Assembly (NCBI RefSeq): GCF_021028975.2
Contig: NC_059429.1
Span: forward strand, 91,884,001-91,948,000
Length of the DNA: 64,000 nucleotides
Direction of reading: 5' to 3'
DNA from: Sphaerodactylus townsendi
Lineage: Eukaryota
How positions within the stretch are numbered: the stretch's first letter is position 1; each line of letters begins with the position of its first letter. The translations under genes were made by a program, and so were the position numbers. The notes beneath the pieces are model-generated. The model did no database searches, was not told the DNA's origin, and was given only the letters and a program-made list of their open reading frames with translations. Positions 61,543 to 64,000 of the stretch are shown here, piece after piece.

Positions 61543-64000
61543 TCCTACACAGTTCCCGCAGTGCAGACCTTCAGAATGTACTGGAGACTACTTTCCTCTC
61601 ACTGTCTCTTGGAGAACATGGTGCTTTTCCTTTTCTCTCTTTTTTTTGGGGGGGGGGGCGAGGGCGTAATGAATAACACCCTCAAAAGATTGTCTTTGGA
61701 CTTGTGCCCCCAAACAGCCTCCTGCTGTAATCCACACAGTAACGATTAGCTGTTGCTCCTCCAAACGTTTGTATCCTTTGTTCATCTGAAGTTTTACTAG
61801 ATGTCCTTTTCAGAGTAAAATTACTTCATAGTGATTTGCTTAAAGCAGACTTAAGTGTTGCAACCAGCCGCAGGATTAAGCAATCTATGATTTCAAAATG
61901 ATATGTTCTACTAACATCGTGTCTTTCCGACTTGCTGCAAGTCTAGCAAATGCTGCTGGGTTTAATTTCTTTTGGATGACAGAACATGAGGGACTTACAA
62001 TATTGTTCTAATATTTGCTTTATGTACAAATTTGTCAACAGAGCATAATGAAGGCAAATAGGTTGGCATAAATTAGCAAAACAGCTGTTTTCAGATAGCA
62101 GCTGAGGCAGCTGGCTCCAAAGGTATACTGATTAGATTCCATGAGCCACTTTTGCAAGACCTGGGCATCTTCATGCAAGGATTACAGATCTTCATGTTCC
62201 CCTTTTCTTAACAGCCATTTCCATCCCTAGGAAAGTTGATTTCTGCAGTTTTGAGCCCAAGAGCAGGTTGGTAGACTGCAGTTGTGGTAAGGGGTGGGGA
62301 AGGGAGTGAAATTGATCCTTCCTCTGTCAGTGTAGTTCTGCTCATGCAAGAGGCAGCTCTGCCAATGAAACAGGCAGGAAGGAGGATTTCACTCCTTCCA
62401 ACTCCTCACTGCAGCCCAGTGTCTTCTGCTGACAGATCACTGGATTTAACCCAGTAATATTCTTTTGCCAAAAGCTATGACCATTAATTCACAATGAACT
62501 CTACATTTTTATGTTTCAGTCAATATGTTTGAACTGACATATGGGAAAAATGTGCTACATGCAATCCTCCTCACATGTGCAATCACTGTTCTTCTGAAAG
62601 TGACCGCACATGGATTTTCAGCCTTGGAGCGCACATACCTGACACCACATTAAACCGGTGTGTGTGTATCAAGACTGAAAAATACATAGTAGTTTCAAAC
62701 AAAATAATGATAATAAGATGGTGTGTAGTGAGTTTGTTCCATACATGCTGTCCCATGAAAAGGCTGTTTCATTGCATTGTTCTCCATTCTTGTAATGCTG
62801 CCTGTGGTTGGCTCTGCATATTGCACTGTCCTTACTGCATTGTTTTACATCAGTCTTCTTTGTGTCCCTGTGAGAAAAGTGGACTACAAATGAAATCAAT
62901 CAATCAATTATTGTGATTGGTTGCCTTCAGCTAGACAGAATATGTTTATTTTAATAAATAAATAAATAATATACACAGTACTGGGGATAGCCTATGCTTT
63001 AGGCCTTAGGCATGTTCCCAAAGCTAGAGTGTCTGCTGCCCAGACAGAATTGCTCTCATGGCCTGGACTGACATGAACCACTACACCACATTGGCTTTTC
63101 TAGGGTGACAGCAGGACCTCAGTGAGTCATGCAACTAATGTATATTAAGTTCTCTGGTAGTTGCTACAGGGCCAAAAGCAAGGCTTGATGGCCTGGAAAT
63201 ACTGTTGTGGTTGCCCAACAATGGCACCTGAGGGCATTTGTTTCATAAAGCTAGCCTACAGGTGCTGCTTTTATCATTGTTGTTGTTTTTTTAAAGCATA
63301 CCTTTTATAAATTTCATATTTTTCTACAAACCCAGGGCTTTTCTTAAGTCTGCAGAAAGATCTGTCTTGTATGGCCCAGTTATCTGATTTAAGTATCCAC
63401 TAAGAGGACATGGGGAGAATTATACATATTTGTAAGCAGTCAGATCCCTCCTCCTGTTAAGGGGTGCCATGGAGGTCAAAGACTGGCATAAAAACAAGAC
63501 AGTGTTCACCACACACAGAGTTTTGGGATCCATCTTGTGTATCAAGCCTGGTCAGGAAGGAGATCAGAACTTTTTCCCTGGCCCTTAAGGTGTGCTTGGC
63601 TGGACAATGGGGCCAGCTAATTCCCACTGTGTCACCCTGAGGTTATTTAATCAGTTATCTGAGCAGACCATTGCTTACTTTGTCTGTACTCATCCCTGTA
63701 ATCAATCAGTATTCAAGAGAATAGCTCAGACATTCTCTTGGGTCCTGACAACCCATCAAGTCTCTCCTACCCTTTGTAGGAAACCCAGAAAAGCAATCAA
63801 TTTTTTGTCTCTGGCTTTCCTGCCAGCTTAATTCATACCACCTCAAGACCCATTTCTGGGTATAAACACTGGTTGTTTGGTCATTTATATGTGTTTGTGT
63901 CTTGGATCTGGGCATCTGCTCCTACTTGCTTGTGGGCCCCTTTGGCTCCTGGAAATGCTGGCCATTTTCCTCCTCAGCACTGCTTCCCTGGATATTCTTC

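Overview
Vertebrate genomic DNA, most likely a squamate reptile and probably a gecko (inferred from the repeat families). Five intron-containing protein genes were reconstructed by eye from GT-AG boundaries and frame continuity: (1) the 3' part of a C6orf132-like proline-rich gene (+; 3,052-bp exon plus terminal exon); (2) a complete WDR77/MEP50 (-; 10 exons, 345 aa); (3) a complete ATP5PB/ATP5F1 (+; 7 exons, 253 aa), head-to-head with WDR77 on a CpG-rich bidirectional promoter with four TCTCGCGAGA-type motifs; (4, 5) two intact, strongly diverged adenosine A3 receptor (ADORA3-like) paralogs arranged divergently about 11 kb apart (300 aa on -, 321 aa on +). The minus-strand paralog has a one-codon deletion in TM2 (P2.59 to P2.58) and different ligand-pocket residues, which makes the pair the best candidate for undescribed biology here. 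Non-coding DNA is rich in transposons: a Helitron, hAT and Harbinger-type MITEs (some nested, one with a ~1.1-kb palindrome), CR1, L2-like and Rex1/Babar-like LINEs, tRNA- and 5S-derived SINEs, and two Penelope-like fold-back insertions carrying minimal hammerhead ribozyme motifs. All identifications rest on recalled sequence features; no database search was run.
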